Positions 9,885 through 21,400 of a stretch of DNA of 64,000 bases are shown here, piece after piece (the first letter of the stretch is position 1; each line of letters opens with the position of its first letter). The notes beneath the pieces were generated by a model. That model searched no databases. It saw only the letters and a program-made list of their open reading frames with translations, and was not told where the DNA came from. The position numbers and the translations under genes were made by a program. Source of the DNA: a virus (taxonomy: Duplodnaviria > Caudoviricetes); IMG/VR virus record IMGVR_UViG_3300045595_000041, positions 1 through 64,000 of that record. One strand, written 5' to 3'.

Positions 9885-10088
9885 ATGTCAAAGCCATTAT
9901 TTCCTACAGCAAACCGTGGCAGCTTTGAGAATAAGCTTGATGAAAAGTTTAGTGAACTTGAAGCTGGCGGTTCAGCAGATTTGACAGATTATGCAAAAAA
10001 GACAGAAGTAACTGGTAATATCGACTTCACAAAGTTGACACCAGCTCAGATAGCAGCTTTGAAAGCAGCTATGCTTGATACTCTATGA
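9885..10088 (+). CDS. Small hypothetical (virion-associated?) protein
   Basis: RBS AAGGAG; LTDYAKKTEV fibre-like motif. Confidence 0.55.
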   Translation: MSKPLFPTANRGSFENKLDEKFSELEAGGSADLTDYAKKTEVTGNIDFTKLTPAQIAALKAAMLDTL

Positions 10089-10537
10089 CTACTATACAAT
10101 TAGATGAATATTCTATAGACATTGACTCGTCAGAATCATTTGCATACAATTTCGCAATAAGCGGCGACGACTTCATCAATCTCAATGGCATTGGCTATTG
10201 CAAGACTCAGCGTCAGCAAGCTTACAAGAATCATTTGATGAATGTAGCTAGAGACAATCTCAGAGAGATGGGTGCAAAAGCTGCTGAGAGCAACTTGCCA
10301 TCAGAACCCATTTCTAAAGCTTTTATAGAAGTCGAATGTCTTAACAAGACTAACAGAAAATTTGATGCACCAAACTTTGCAGTCACATTCAAGCATATAG
10401 AAGATGCTCTTGTATCAGCAGGTGTTCTTGTAGATGACAACAACAATGTCGTAAAAGGCACTTTGTTCAAAGAGCTGAATGAAGACAGAAACAGAGATGC
10501 TTATCAGATTCGAATAACAGTGCATAAGCTAAACTAG
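10085..10537 (+). CDS. rusA: RusA-like Holliday junction resolvase
   Basis: RKFDAPNFAVTFKHIEDALVSAGVLVDDN matches the RusA D-x-x-N..K..D.L..G...DD motif. Confidence 0.75.
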   Translation: MTTIQLDEYSIDIDSSESFAYNFAISGDDFINLNGIGYCKTQRQQAYKNHLMNVARDNLREMGAKAAESNLPSEPISKAFIEVECLNKTNRKFDAPNFAVTFKHIEDALVSAGVLVDDNNNVVKGTLFKELNEDRNRDAYQIRITVHKLN

Positions 10538-10552
10538 AAGGCAAGCATTCAG

Positions 10553-11131
10553 ATGCCACAGACAGAATTCTTTGGAAAGACTTACTCTGTAAGCGATGAC
10601 TACATACTAGTGAAGACTGTTGCTGTAAGAGAAGAACTGAACAGAAACTTCGACTACTTTCCAAGAGAAGAGCTAGAGAAGTCTTGGAAGCAGTATGGAG
10701 AAGTCGATCTAGTATTCGTCGACCACGTCTACAAGAAAAGCACTGACAGCAATGACTACGAAGATGGCATAGACAGATCTAGGACACGTGGTTTCGTAGT
10801 AGCTTCAGGCATCAAAGATGATGATTCTGGAAGAGCATGCATTCATTTGCTTATAGCTGTTGACAAGTCGTATGCATATCTGGTCAGATCTATAGAAGGC
10901 GGCGATATAGGAACAGTATCTATGGGCTGCTATTCAGATCTTTACTGCTCTATATGCGGAGAGCTGTTCTCAGAATTGAATCCTTGTCCTCATTGTCCTG
11001 CATTGATAGGGACAAGATTCGAAGGCAAGCTAGTATTCGATATCTTACGAAATATCAGTTTTTATGAAATTTCACTTCTCGAAGAAATCCAAGCTGGCAT
11101 TGCCTCAATCTTTTATGAAGTGATAGCGTAG
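10553..11131 (+). CDS. Prohead (capsid maturation) protease
   Basis: NRNFDYFPREEL...VFVDH...RG...VSMG plus CSICG..C..C, as recalled for Bxz1-like head proteases. Confidence 0.65.
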   Translation: MPQTEFFGKTYSVSDDYILVKTVAVREELNRNFDYFPREELEKSWKQYGEVDLVFVDHVYKKSTDSNDYEDGIDRSRTRGFVVASGIKDDDSGRACIHLLIAVDKSYAYLVRSIEGGDIGTVSMGCYSDLYCSICGELFSELNPCPHCPALIGTRFEGKLVFDILRNISFYEISLLEEIQAGIASIFYEVIA

Positions 11132-11134
11132 AGC

Positions 11135-11551
11135 ATGTATACTTTGAAGCTTAAGAACGGCGATCTAGATCTGTCTGACAGACGTGGTGTAGCTATAACA
11201 GGAAAAGCTAAGCTTGTACAGCAGTTGTCATTGTGGATAACTGAGCACTATGGCATAGACAGATTCCATGAAGGATATGGCTGCAAGCTTCAAGACATGG
11301 TTGGCGGACCTCATACAGACTTGTTCTTGCGAACAGTAGAGAATGAGATAAGAAAGACTATCGAGACATACATGCAAATACAAGCTCAAGGATTCGAGAA
11401 AGATCCGAGGCTTTATTCTAGAGATGAGATAGTCTATCAGATTCTAGCAGTCAATGCTTCATTTGCAGATGCATCATCGATACAAGTGTCGATATATGTT
11501 AGGACATTAGCTGGAACAGATGTGACTGTGTCTACGGAGGTCGATGCATGA
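11135..11551 (+). CDS. Baseplate wedge protein (gp25-like)
   Basis: NGDL...KLVQQL..W...GIDRFHEGYG motif. Confidence 0.7.
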   Translation: MYTLKLKNGDLDLSDRRGVAITGKAKLVQQLSLWITEHYGIDRFHEGYGCKLQDMVGGPHTDLFLRTVENEIRKTIETYMQIQAQGFEKDPRLYSRDEIVYQILAVNASFADASSIQVSIYVRTLAGTDVTVSTEVDA

Positions 11552-12216
11552 GCGTAGTAAGGATAGTTCAGCCACATACTTCTGACAAAGTAGCTAGGCA
11601 AGTAGAAGATGCTACTCATATAGCAGGCGAAAGAGTGCTTCTTGTCAGAATGTACACTGCTCACAGACACCCTGATGGCTGGCCTCATTGCGATCATTGC
11701 TGGGATGACGTATATCAGCAATCAGATACTTCTAACGGCATATGCCCGTATTGCTACGGGACTGGATGGAAGAATGGCATCAGCTCGCTATGGTTCACAT
11801 CAGCAATCATATCAGATGTCAACAACACAGAAGACTTTGACAAGACTAATGGCTCTATAGATCTGTATAAGACGCATGTTCAGATGGCTGCATATGTAGC
11901 TCCAGAAGTCAAAGACTGGCTGTTCAGAATCAATGGATGGAGAATAGGAGATAAAGGACTGTCACCGATTCTCAGCACTCCGTATTCTATCAATACTCAA
12001 GTGAAGACTTCATACTTCAGAGATGGCTACAGCTATGTAGATGGGCAGAATGTCATAGGCTATTCGTTCGATGCAGAAGAATACAGGCAAGCGCATCCGA
12101 TATCGAATGTGATGGTCAGGAATGTAGACGAAGCACTAGTCACAGACAAGCAAGTGTTTGTAGTCTATCCAGATCAAGACTATGATTCATTCAAGCTTGA
12201 AAAAGAGTCAAGATAA
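11548..12216 (+). CDS. Neck/head-closure protein
   Basis: CDHC...CPYCYGTGW Zn motif typical of large-myovirus neck proteins. Confidence 0.5.
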   Translation: MSVVRIVQPHTSDKVARQVEDATHIAGERVLLVRMYTAHRHPDGWPHCDHCWDDVYQQSDTSNGICPYCYGTGWKNGISSLWFTSAIISDVNNTEDFDKTNGSIDLYKTHVQMAAYVAPEVKDWLFRINGWRIGDKGLSPILSTPYSINTQVKTSYFRDGYSYVDGQNVIGYSFDAEEYRQAHPISNVMVRNVDEALVTDKQVFVVYPDQDYDSFKLEKESR

Positions 12217-12236
12217 TATATAGCAAGCTATCTAGC

Positions 12237-12343
12237 GATATCACAAGAATTATCACGTTTATCTCTGTGAACTTCTAGTATCAAAGATATATAATTATAT
12301 ATACTTCAAATTCTAGGTCAATCTGGATCAACGTCGTCAATCT
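12237..12343. repeat. Dispersed palindromic element, copy C
   Basis: ACGT cores at 12255 and 12331; axis AA|TT at 12294/12295. Confidence 0.88.
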
Positions 12344-12418
12344 AGCATAAAGCATTGCTACGCTTGAGCGATTGATATAATCATATTATAAGGCATAGCA
12401 AAAGAGTTAGGAGAAGCT

Positions 12419-12754
12419 TTGAAGACTTTCAAGCATTACAATGGCAAGAATGATCTCATAGCTAAAGTAGACGATAGCGGATCTGGCGTCAGAATCGACC
12501 TGGAAAGCGTAGACAAGTCGACTAATGCTAGCAGACATGTAAGCACTTGGAATATGCCTACTTTAGAAGCAGCTATCGATTCGCTAGAATCTATTGCTAG
12601 TTTTGATGAGATTGAAAAGCACGAAAAAACAAGCAGCAAGACAGCTGGAAAAAGCTTCGTGACTTCAAGAAGAAAGTTCAGATATGCTGAACGTCTTGCT
12701 CTGATAGATGAAGACAAAGACGATGACGATGAGGAGTTCCTTCCATGGGCGTAG
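12419..12754 (+). CDS. Hypothetical head-associated protein
   Basis: RBS AGGAG, TTG start; SKTAG and FRYAERLALIDE motifs. Confidence 0.55.
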   Translation: MKTFKHYNGKNDLIAKVDDSGSGVRIDLESVDKSTNASRHVSTWNMPTLEAAIDSLESIASFDEIEKHEKTSSKTAGKSFVTSRRKFRYAERLALIDEDKDDDDEEFLPWA

Positions 12755-13551
12755 TGCTTTCTAAGTTTCCAGCTGGTATAGATGACCATCTCAGAATACC
12801 GAAGACGCCTTCTGCAGCCAAGCTTTCGGAATCAGAGTCTCCATCTGACTACGGTTACGAAGGGCAGAATGAGAATTCTCATTCAGAACTGCATGATGCA
12901 GAGAACAGATCTATACAGTCGATAGAAGCGTCTGTAATGATAGAGAACTCGTCTACATCTCATGACCATTCCGACCCGGTAGACACAGACTACTCTTCTC
13001 CAACATATGCTACGCATCCAGACAAGAAGAAAGGCAGAAAGCTGCTTGTGCAGAATACGCATGTGTTCTCTCAAAGCTCTGCGCCATTCTACAAGTACTT
13101 GTCTGGCGGACAGCTTGACTATCCAGACTCAAGCTTCACTTCAATACATCACTCACTTGGCTCTGATGACAGCGTAGGCGATCGGCAAGGCGTGTCTGGG
13201 CAGATGTGGAAAGCCAAGGGCTTGCAGAACCTGTCAGGCACTACTTTGTCAGACATCACTACTCTACCGCAAGTATGGGACTCCAGACTTGGAGAAATAG
13301 GCACAGACAAGCTCGTATCTTATATAGCTACATTAAGCACTACTCTTTCAGATCTTAAAGACGCTTATGAGTCGCAGATAGCTGTCTTGTCTAGCAAGGT
13401 CGATGATCTTACAAACAGACTGTCTGCTATCGAAGACAGAATGCCATCTGGCACAGATACGCTTGCACATGGCAACATCAACATCTACTCTGGCAGCGCA
13501 TCTATTCGTACTCACGATGGCGATAGTGACAATGACCTCAACTTCGGATAA
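12745..13551 (+). CDS. Hypothetical virion protein
   Basis: Long ORF with phage codon usage and a C-terminal coiled coil. Confidence 0.55.
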   Translation: MGVVLSKFPAGIDDHLRIPKTPSAAKLSESESPSDYGYEGQNENSHSELHDAENRSIQSIEASVMIENSSTSHDHSDPVDTDYSSPTYATHPDKKKGRKLLVQNTHVFSQSSAPFYKYLSGGQLDYPDSSFTSIHHSLGSDDSVGDRQGVSGQMWKAKGLQNLSGTTLSDITTLPQVWDSRLGEIGTDKLVSYIATLSTTLSDLKDAYESQIAVLSSKVDDLTNRLSAIEDRMPSGTDTLAHGNINIYSGSASIRTHDGDSDNDLNFG

Positions 13552-13900
13552 GCATGCATCTTGGGGTGATGTCAAGTCAAAAGCGTATGACTTGCTTAAT
13601 GACAACAGAGTCGACATAGAAGCAATATCTACGTATTCTGTCCTTTGCAAAGTGCATGGGTACCATGGCGAATACGAGACATATGTGAACAGAAAAGCAA
13701 GAGTCTACAAAGACAATGACATAGACGAAGCTAACTTCTTCTGCACATGCAACTGGGGCGAGATGTCGAATTCTGGCAACAGGCCGCATGATGGAGCAGA
13801 TTCTAGCGGAAGCGTAAAGGTCAACAACAGATTCTGTTCGCATGCTTATGCAGCTTTCATGATTCTGCATGAATACGCAAAGAGAAGAAGAGGTGCATGA
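13532..13900 (+). CDS. SWIM zinc-finger protein
   Basis: FFCTCNW...FCSHAYA (CxC...CxH); start moved to ATG 13532, overlapping the previous gene. Confidence 0.65.
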   Translation: MTSTSDKHASWGDVKSKAYDLLNDNRVDIEAISTYSVLCKVHGYHGEYETYVNRKARVYKDNDIDEANFFCTCNWGEMSNSGNRPHDGADSSGSVKVNNRFCSHAYAAFMILHEYAKRRRGA

Positions 13901-14565
13901 TGCCTTCGACAACATACAAGTATGTAGCTTTTGGTGTGCAGAAAGGCGTATATTCTGAAGGCATCAATCACGACTTCATAACAGTCAATTGGCATATCGC
14001 CAATGACAATGTGCTTTATGTCGATTCAGTCTCAATGCCAAACAGGAACAATCCATCATGGCTTTGGTATAGAATGAATGTCAAGATGACGATCAGAATC
14101 GGATCGACAGAATATGACTTGTTCGATACGCACTATACGAATGTCACTAACTCATCTAGCTTCTCGTATTTGGGCATTCTTTGCGATGACTTCGCTAACA
14201 GATCTCTTCCCAAGTCTGTCACAATCAATACTGAGACGACTTCGTTTGATCTTGGCTTCGGTGGCACCATTACTCCAGTATTCGCATACTCTGATGGTGG
14301 TGGATATTCTGTGCAAGACTTCTCTTGGCTTCAAAAAGTGTCAGGAGACAATATATCTCCAATTCCAGTAAATCTGAAATACAGACCTGGAAAGAGAAGA
14401 ATAAGCGGAAGATACATGTCAATCAACAGAAGCACTGGAAAAGCTGTTACTAAGAATGGCAAGCAATTGCTTTCTCAGGATGGCGGCAAAGCTGTCAGCA
14501 AGACAGACATGAGCACTTATGCAGATGTATCTAATGGCACTTGGCGAAGACAGCACAAGCAATGA
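13897..14565 (+). CDS. Putative minor tail protein
   Basis: Beta-rich N-terminus; C-terminal YRPGKRRISGRYMSINR. Confidence 0.45.
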   Translation: MMPSTTYKYVAFGVQKGVYSEGINHDFITVNWHIANDNVLYVDSVSMPNRNNPSWLWYRMNVKMTIRIGSTEYDLFDTHYTNVTNSSSFSYLGILCDDFANRSLPKSVTINTETTSFDLGFGGTITPVFAYSDGGGYSVQDFSWLQKVSGDNISPIPVNLKYRPGKRRISGRYMSINRSTGKAVTKNGKQLLSQDGGKAVSKTDMSTYADVSNGTWRRQHKQ

Positions 14566-14993
14566 TACCTAGAAAGCTGACTGAGAAGATAGCTAACAGG
14601 CTGGTCGAGAATGTCAAAGCATACGGAAGGCAGAGAGGCTGGAAGTCAACAGAGCTAGTCAAGCCGTATGCTAGAAAAGACGAATTCGGAATTAGATTCG
14701 ACAATGTCGAATGGCTAATCTTCCAGAACTACGGAACACGTCCACATATACCATGGAGTCTAGAAGGCAAGATAGTGCCGACAAGCTTCGGGTTCAGAAA
14801 AGCTGTAGGCGTAGGCACACCTGGCTTCGTCAACATAGACGGCGTTGAAGAATGGCGAGAAGAGAGATGGCTCAATCCTGGAATCAATGCTACTAATTTC
14901 GTAGAAGAGTCTGCCAAGAAAGCAGTACTTCTTTACTCTAATGCTTTGAGCACGTATCAGAACAAGATTCGAATATCTAGAAAAGAGGAATGA
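14562..14993 (+). CDS. Neck/tail completion protein (HK97 gp10-like)
   Basis: FQNYGTRPH...NPGINATNFVE motif. Confidence 0.55.
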   Translation: MIPRKLTEKIANRLVENVKAYGRQRGWKSTELVKPYARKDEFGIRFDNVEWLIFQNYGTRPHIPWSLEGKIVPTSFGFRKAVGVGTPGFVNIDGVEEWREERWLNPGINATNFVEESAKKAVLLYSNALSTYQNKIRISRKEE

Positions 14994-15295
14994 AGATGAA
15001 CAGACGCCATCCAGTCGTTGGTGACATAGTAGTCATAGACTATGAAGACTTGAATGCTATAACGATATGCACTAAGATAATAGAGCATGAGACTGATGAG
15101 AATCAGTATGTTCTGTCTTGTCTAGCTGGGCTAGCATATTCTGATGGCAAGATATCGAACTTCAATGGAGACATCACACTGTATGATGACTATGCTAGCA
15201 TGTCTATAGTCGGAGTCAATGGATTCTCATTGCCAGAGACATTCTACGGTCTTGACACTAGAGAACTGCTTCTAGCTGATGGCTTCAAATTCTGA
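14990..15295 (+). CDS. Hypothetical protein
   Basis: 101-aa ORF, translationally coupled. Confidence 0.6.
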   Translation: MKMNRRHPVVGDIVVIDYEDLNAITICTKIIEHETDENQYVLSCLAGLAYSDGKISNFNGDITLYDDYASMSIVGVNGFSLPETFYGLDTRELLLADGFKF

Positions 15296-15409
15296 ATTTC
15301 ACTCAAGACAATCTGGTCAATAGCCTAAAAAGTGTTTATATAATCATAAATAACTAGAATATTTTAGCATGTCTTTCATAAGATACGCACTATACAATCG
15401 GAGATTTTG

Positions 15410-18400
15410 ATGGCAGAAGTATTCGTAAATGATACTTACACAAAATCGTACTTTGATGCTGCTTTAAGCCAGACTGACAACAAAGGCTACAAGACTACTG
15501 ACAATGCCTGGAAGTCTAAGCCCAGAAAGTCGACATCTACAGTGACAGAGGTGCTGACATATGAATTCGCTGGCAGATCGTCTATATCTTCTGTTGCATT
15601 CGACATACTGTCTTGCGCTGCTAAGTACTCATTCAGCTACATAGATTCGAATAGCCAAGAGCAGCCACTTCTAAGAGACGACTACAACAAAGTCGAATTC
15701 ACGACTATCTCTAGAAAAGACTGGAATACGTGGCAGCATTGGGAGTTCGAATGCCTCCCTTGTGTCGCATTGAAGCTTATAGTCCGCATGACAAGAGTCA
15801 ATGATGACTTCGCACCTGCAGAAGACTACTCTCTTGCTCTCAAAGGGCTTGCTATAAAGAGGTCTATAAAGACTAGAGACCAAGCAGCGCTTACTCTGTC
15901 TAAGAACACTGACATCCTTGGCAATGTCATATCGAAGACAGTCAAGGACTGGGAGCCAAAGAATGCGATAGATGGCGATGACTACACATTCTGGAAGTCT
16001 GAGCCGCAGCCTGCTCAAGATGCTGTGGTGTCACTGTATCTTGACGTCAGAGACGAATATGACCAAGCTCAATTCGTAGACAGTGTCTGGGTTGATCCAG
16101 TGTATATGGGCAGTCAGCTCAACATCTACTACTCTACAGATGATGCTGAAGGCAACAGGCTTCCAAGCTTCAAGACATTCGATACTACTTCGAACAATGC
16201 CGACTGGTCTAATGATGGCTTCTCAATGCATGACAGTACGTCGTCTATCGCATTTGACTTGAAGCAGTCTGCATTCAATCAGAGCGAAGATTGGCTTGTC
16301 GGCCTGCATTGGGTCATAAGCTCAGCATTGCCAAGTGGTGATAGGAAGCTGTTCTCTATAGGCGACAGATGCTTCGTTACGATGAGATCTGACGGCAATT
16401 TCCAGTTCTCATTCTTGACGCAGAGTGGAATGCAGCAGTTGCTTCTGCCTTTCCCAGTGCCTATTCTTGCTACAGATCAGGATGCTGTATCGCCAGTCCT
16501 TACAGATGTCATTCTAGAATTTGGCTTCGAGACAGGCAATCGCAATCAAGCTGTAATTAGAGCTAAAGTCAACAACTACAATCTCAATAACGTATCGCTG
16601 TCATCGGCTGCAAGCGATGCTAGCATGGTGCTGTCTACAGAGCTGTCTGCTATAGCAGATGGAGTAGATGCTAGCACTAAAGTCGATGGCAGAACGCAAC
16701 TGACCTCTGCTCCATATGAAGTCACTATCCCTACATCATCAACATACACTATACCAGTAGACACTTCTAACATAGACATTCAGAAGATACGAGACAACGC
16801 TGGTGTCAGCAACGTCAAAGCTAAAGTAAGCATAAAGTACAGGACATCTGCAGACTTCAATTCTGGTGCTACTGCTGTAGTTAAGAGCGGTCTGAATACG
16901 AAGCTATTCGACTACTATACATCATGGGATGGAGTACAGCAGCTTTCATCATCTAGTCTGTATTCGTCAATGTCTAAGGTAGCTACTAACTACGCTACTG
17001 GCGGATTCAGAATAAGCTCAGACTACTACAACAAGACGTCTTCTGTGTATGATGACGCATTGAAGATGTCTATGCTGTCATTCTCTCCATCTACATCAAG
17101 CACTAAGGTGCTTGGAGCCATGGAGTTCTCTTCAAGAAGCAGAGCTCATCAAGACATTGCTGCTGGAGACTATATTGCAGCTATGTATGTCAATTGCTCT
17201 AAGTCATTGCAGAACACTCCATTGAGCTTCGACATATGCAGAGGCGGTGATGTCATAGTAGAAGCTAGCTTCAATGCTACATCAGATGTAACTTTAATAG
17301 AAGTGCCTGTGCATGTAAGCGATGACATAAGAGAAGCTTATTTCTCTGTAAGCATGAAGAGCGACTCTTTCGTCTTCTCGGACTTCATATCTATCGGCTC
17401 TAGCATGTTCTTCGGTCTTTCATCTGAATGGGATGTCATAAAGAGCACGAACTACAAGACATTCAATGGCGACACTAAGTCTAAAGACGCTATCGAGATG
17501 TCTAGATTCAATCAAGACCTTTCTCTAAATTCGACAATGAATCAAGATGGATGGCAGCTTGGCAGTACTGCTTATCCGAAATGGGGCACTGGCAACCCGA
17601 CAAACTCATACATGTCTGCGCTTTCATATGGCGACAATGACTACAAAGATGCTTTGCCATGGATAGACTTGCTGCCGTCATCAGTATTCACAGTATCATT
17701 CTACTGCAAGTCCAAGAACGGGTTCGACAATGTAAAGCCATACATCAAAGACTCGTCTGACAAGAAGTACCTTTGCGAGAAGTACAGCAGCACAGATCTA
17801 TCAGACTCTTGGAGACTCATCTACTGCAGAATACGAATGCCAAGCGACTTCGACAATGACATTGGGTCTTTCGGTATAGAAGAAGACTCAGCCAATGCTT
17901 ACACTGTCATTTCAGACTTGCATGTCTACAAATCTCAAGACAGCTTCAATGACAATGACGGATATTGCATAGCTGAGAGAGACTTCGACTTAGACACTAG
18001 CTCAGAAGACATAAGCATAGTCGATCTCGACACGCTTTCTGTAGACATCACAAACTATGCGACAATAGGTACAGTCTACGTATCTTCTGCGTCAATTCAG
18101 ATCTTCAATGACAAGCTTCAGCCAGTAGACTCATATCAATGCACTATCGGTCAGCTGTCTGGCACTATGAAGCAATTCGTGATGAAGCAAGACAGCATCC
18201 CTCAGATAGAGAAAGACAAGTTCATACAGGACCCGCAATACTATCTGACGCCAGACTTCTACGACTCCTCATCTACTCTATTCAACTCGCTAGTCTATTC
18301 CAAGTCTACTGAAGAAGAAGCGTTCAGAGGCGGCATATCTGATGCATTCTACATGAACAAGCTATGGATGCCTGCTATAATAGGCGAGAAGCTGAACAGG

Positions 18401-21400
18401 CAGAACTACAGATTGCCTGCTACAGTAAAAGCGAAGTTCATCAAGCTGGAAATGACGCAGCTTTCTCCTCAGCAATACAGTGTTCAGAACACGTCTATCA
18501 ACCCTCATTATCTTGCATACCCAGTGTCTCTTACTAAGACGATGACATCGACTAAGAATGTCGATACGACTAATGTGAAGACTAAGACGACTGTCGATAC
18601 GACCAAAGTAGTGTCTGAGTTTGAAGACGGCAGGCAGACTGACAAGAAGACATATCTTTCTAGAGACGGTTCTAGTTCACAGTCTTCGTCTTCGACGACT
18701 AGCGAGATATTCTCTGATCCGCAAGAGGTCATCAGCGTAGGCTCTCCATCTCAGGCGTATGTGCCAGGGATGTATGACAAGCCAATGTCTACGTCAATAA
18801 AGACAGAGAAGACATCTAGCGTCATATACACTGGTCAGACTAAAGACGTCAAGAACTCATTCAATTCGAATACAGTCAATGGCAGCAGAACTACTACTAA
18901 CGTCGTCAAGAAGACTTCCACTGTTCCGCAGTCAGGGGCATTCAACTATACGATACAATCAGGCGACTGTCTGATAAACATCGCTAGAAAGTTTGGCATA
19001 GCGAATTGGTGGTCGATATACGCTATAAATACGTGGGTAGATGGCGATCCTAGACTAAGATACTTGCCCGGAAGGTCTGCTGGATGGTGGATATTCCCGG
19101 GGCAGGTCATAAAGATACCGACGACTGTCATGAAGCAGATAACAACATACTCTACGCAGACAGTCGTGCATAAGACGGCTACTAAGACTGACACATCGAC
19201 TGTAAAGACTACAGTCAACGACATATCTACCACTAGAGACACAACTATCCAGAATGGTTCTCAAGGCTTCACTAAGCCATCTATACACTATTATGAAGAC
19301 AGAACTGTCAATACGACTAGCTCAATAGCATACTTCGTCGCTATAAGAGAGCTAAAAGTCAAGGTAGCTGACTACTACTACGAGCAAGACAATGAAGAGT
19401 TCGACTACTACTCCATGGACATGCCAGTATGGCATTACAGCAATGGCTATGTCACTACTGTAGGAGCTTTCGTTCCAAATCTTCAGGATGGCGAAGAGAA
19501 AGCTGTAGTGCAGTCTGATCCAACTAAGACGCAGTCGTTCTTCAGGACAGTGCAAGTTCTGTCTAGCAGCTCAAGTACTGTGCTCAACAGAAAGTACTTC
19601 GATCTGAAAGCTGGCACTGCATGGCATGACGTGCTGTTCTGGGAAGCTAATCCTACTCAGAACTGCGAATGGGATGGAAGCATAGCTAATGAAGACAATC
19701 CAGCTAATGGGCAAGTATGGTCTTCTGCTGCATTCTCTTGGGGCGATGCATTCACAAGCACTGTCACTCAGGGCGACTCTCAAGCAGTATGGTACAATTC
19801 GGAGCTAGTCAAAGAGTACATAGTCAATCCGCAAGACATCAGGATAGCTCCAGACGGATCAAGGTCTCCGTTCGTCATACGCCTTGGCAGCATAGACATA
19901 TCAGACAGAACAACAGTGCAAGCTGGTGTGTCTATATTCCAGCTAGCCAAGTCTACTAGGTCTGACAGCAAGATATCTGCTACGTTCAAGATAGTGTCTG
20001 CATCAAATGAAGAGAAGGTCATAAGGCAGGAAGACGTCTTGCTTGATTCTGAGAAAACGTCATCTTGGCAGAACTTGCAGACATCTAGATTCAAGATGTT
20101 CAACATGGGCGGCACTTACGAACTGCTTCTAGAGATAGACGACTTCTCCCAGCTTGACTTCTACATAAAAGACGCTTACATAGAGACTGGCACTATAACG
20201 ATATTCGCTAAGAATACTGGATCATCTAGCGAAACTGACTGGGAAGACATATCTTCTGCTGTCTTGAACCGGGATTCTGAATACACATTCAAGAATGCTG
20301 GAAATGCTATGCAAGTCAGAATAGAGATGATAGACCCTGAAGACTGGTTCTCTTCCATAAGGATCATGCCTACATACATCCCATACAAAGATGCTGTCAA
20401 CTACGTCTATGATGACAAAGTGACAATCGACACATCTTATGCCAGCACATGGCTTGGCAGCAAGGACTATTCTGCATCTCATCTTCAGATATCGAATGAT
20501 GGAGAAGACTATGGCATAGCTAATCTAGCTAAGTTCTCGAAGCCAGCCACTAATGACATCATGGTGCCACTGTCTGCTGCTTCTGTAGTCAATGACTCTA
20601 CGACAGAATCTGGCACTTGCGTAGAAGCTAGCAAGAACGTCATAAACGCTTTGCAAGTAGACAGTACTGTGAAGACTGTCATATTCTTGCTTACAGATAC
20701 GATGTCTGCATTCGACTACAGCAACATACAGAATAGTAGCTTTACGACTAAGTTCTCATTAAGAGCTGACACTGACATCAATGTCAATGCATCACTAGTC
20801 ATGTACGCTAACGGTGTATCATCGCATGTTGTATCTCCAGCTAGCACCATCTCAATCGGTACAGACTGGCACAAGCTGTCAATCCATGCTTCTGCAATTA
20901 GCAGTGCTGATGGCAACTTAGCATTGAAGCTTGACTACTTAGACAGCTCGAAGTCAGGAATGCCTGCAAGCATATCTTTCGCTGCATGCACAGTGATGTC
21001 AGATTCTGATCAAGCGATAGCTGACAGATTCGGGATAGACTACTTCGATGGCGACACTATAAGCGCTGGCTATCAGTCAGCAAGCTCAAGATGGCTTGGC
21101 AGCAGAGACAACTCCATATCTACGCTAAAGACATCGAATCCAAGACTGACATCGTTCTGGTCTGGAACTCCAGAAGCATCTTACTCTGTTATAAGCAAGA
21201 ACTACACTGTAAGCAATCTGCTGCAGAACAGCTCGTTTGAGCAAGATCTGTCTAACTGGTCTGTGTCTAATCAAGGTCTAGTGGAGATAGATGATGCCCA
21301 GCATCATGATGGAGCTAAGTCGCTTAAGTTCTCGTCTAGAACTGGAGCTGAGAATGACTATGCTTCATCTGACAGCATATCAGTCATACCTGGCCACAAG

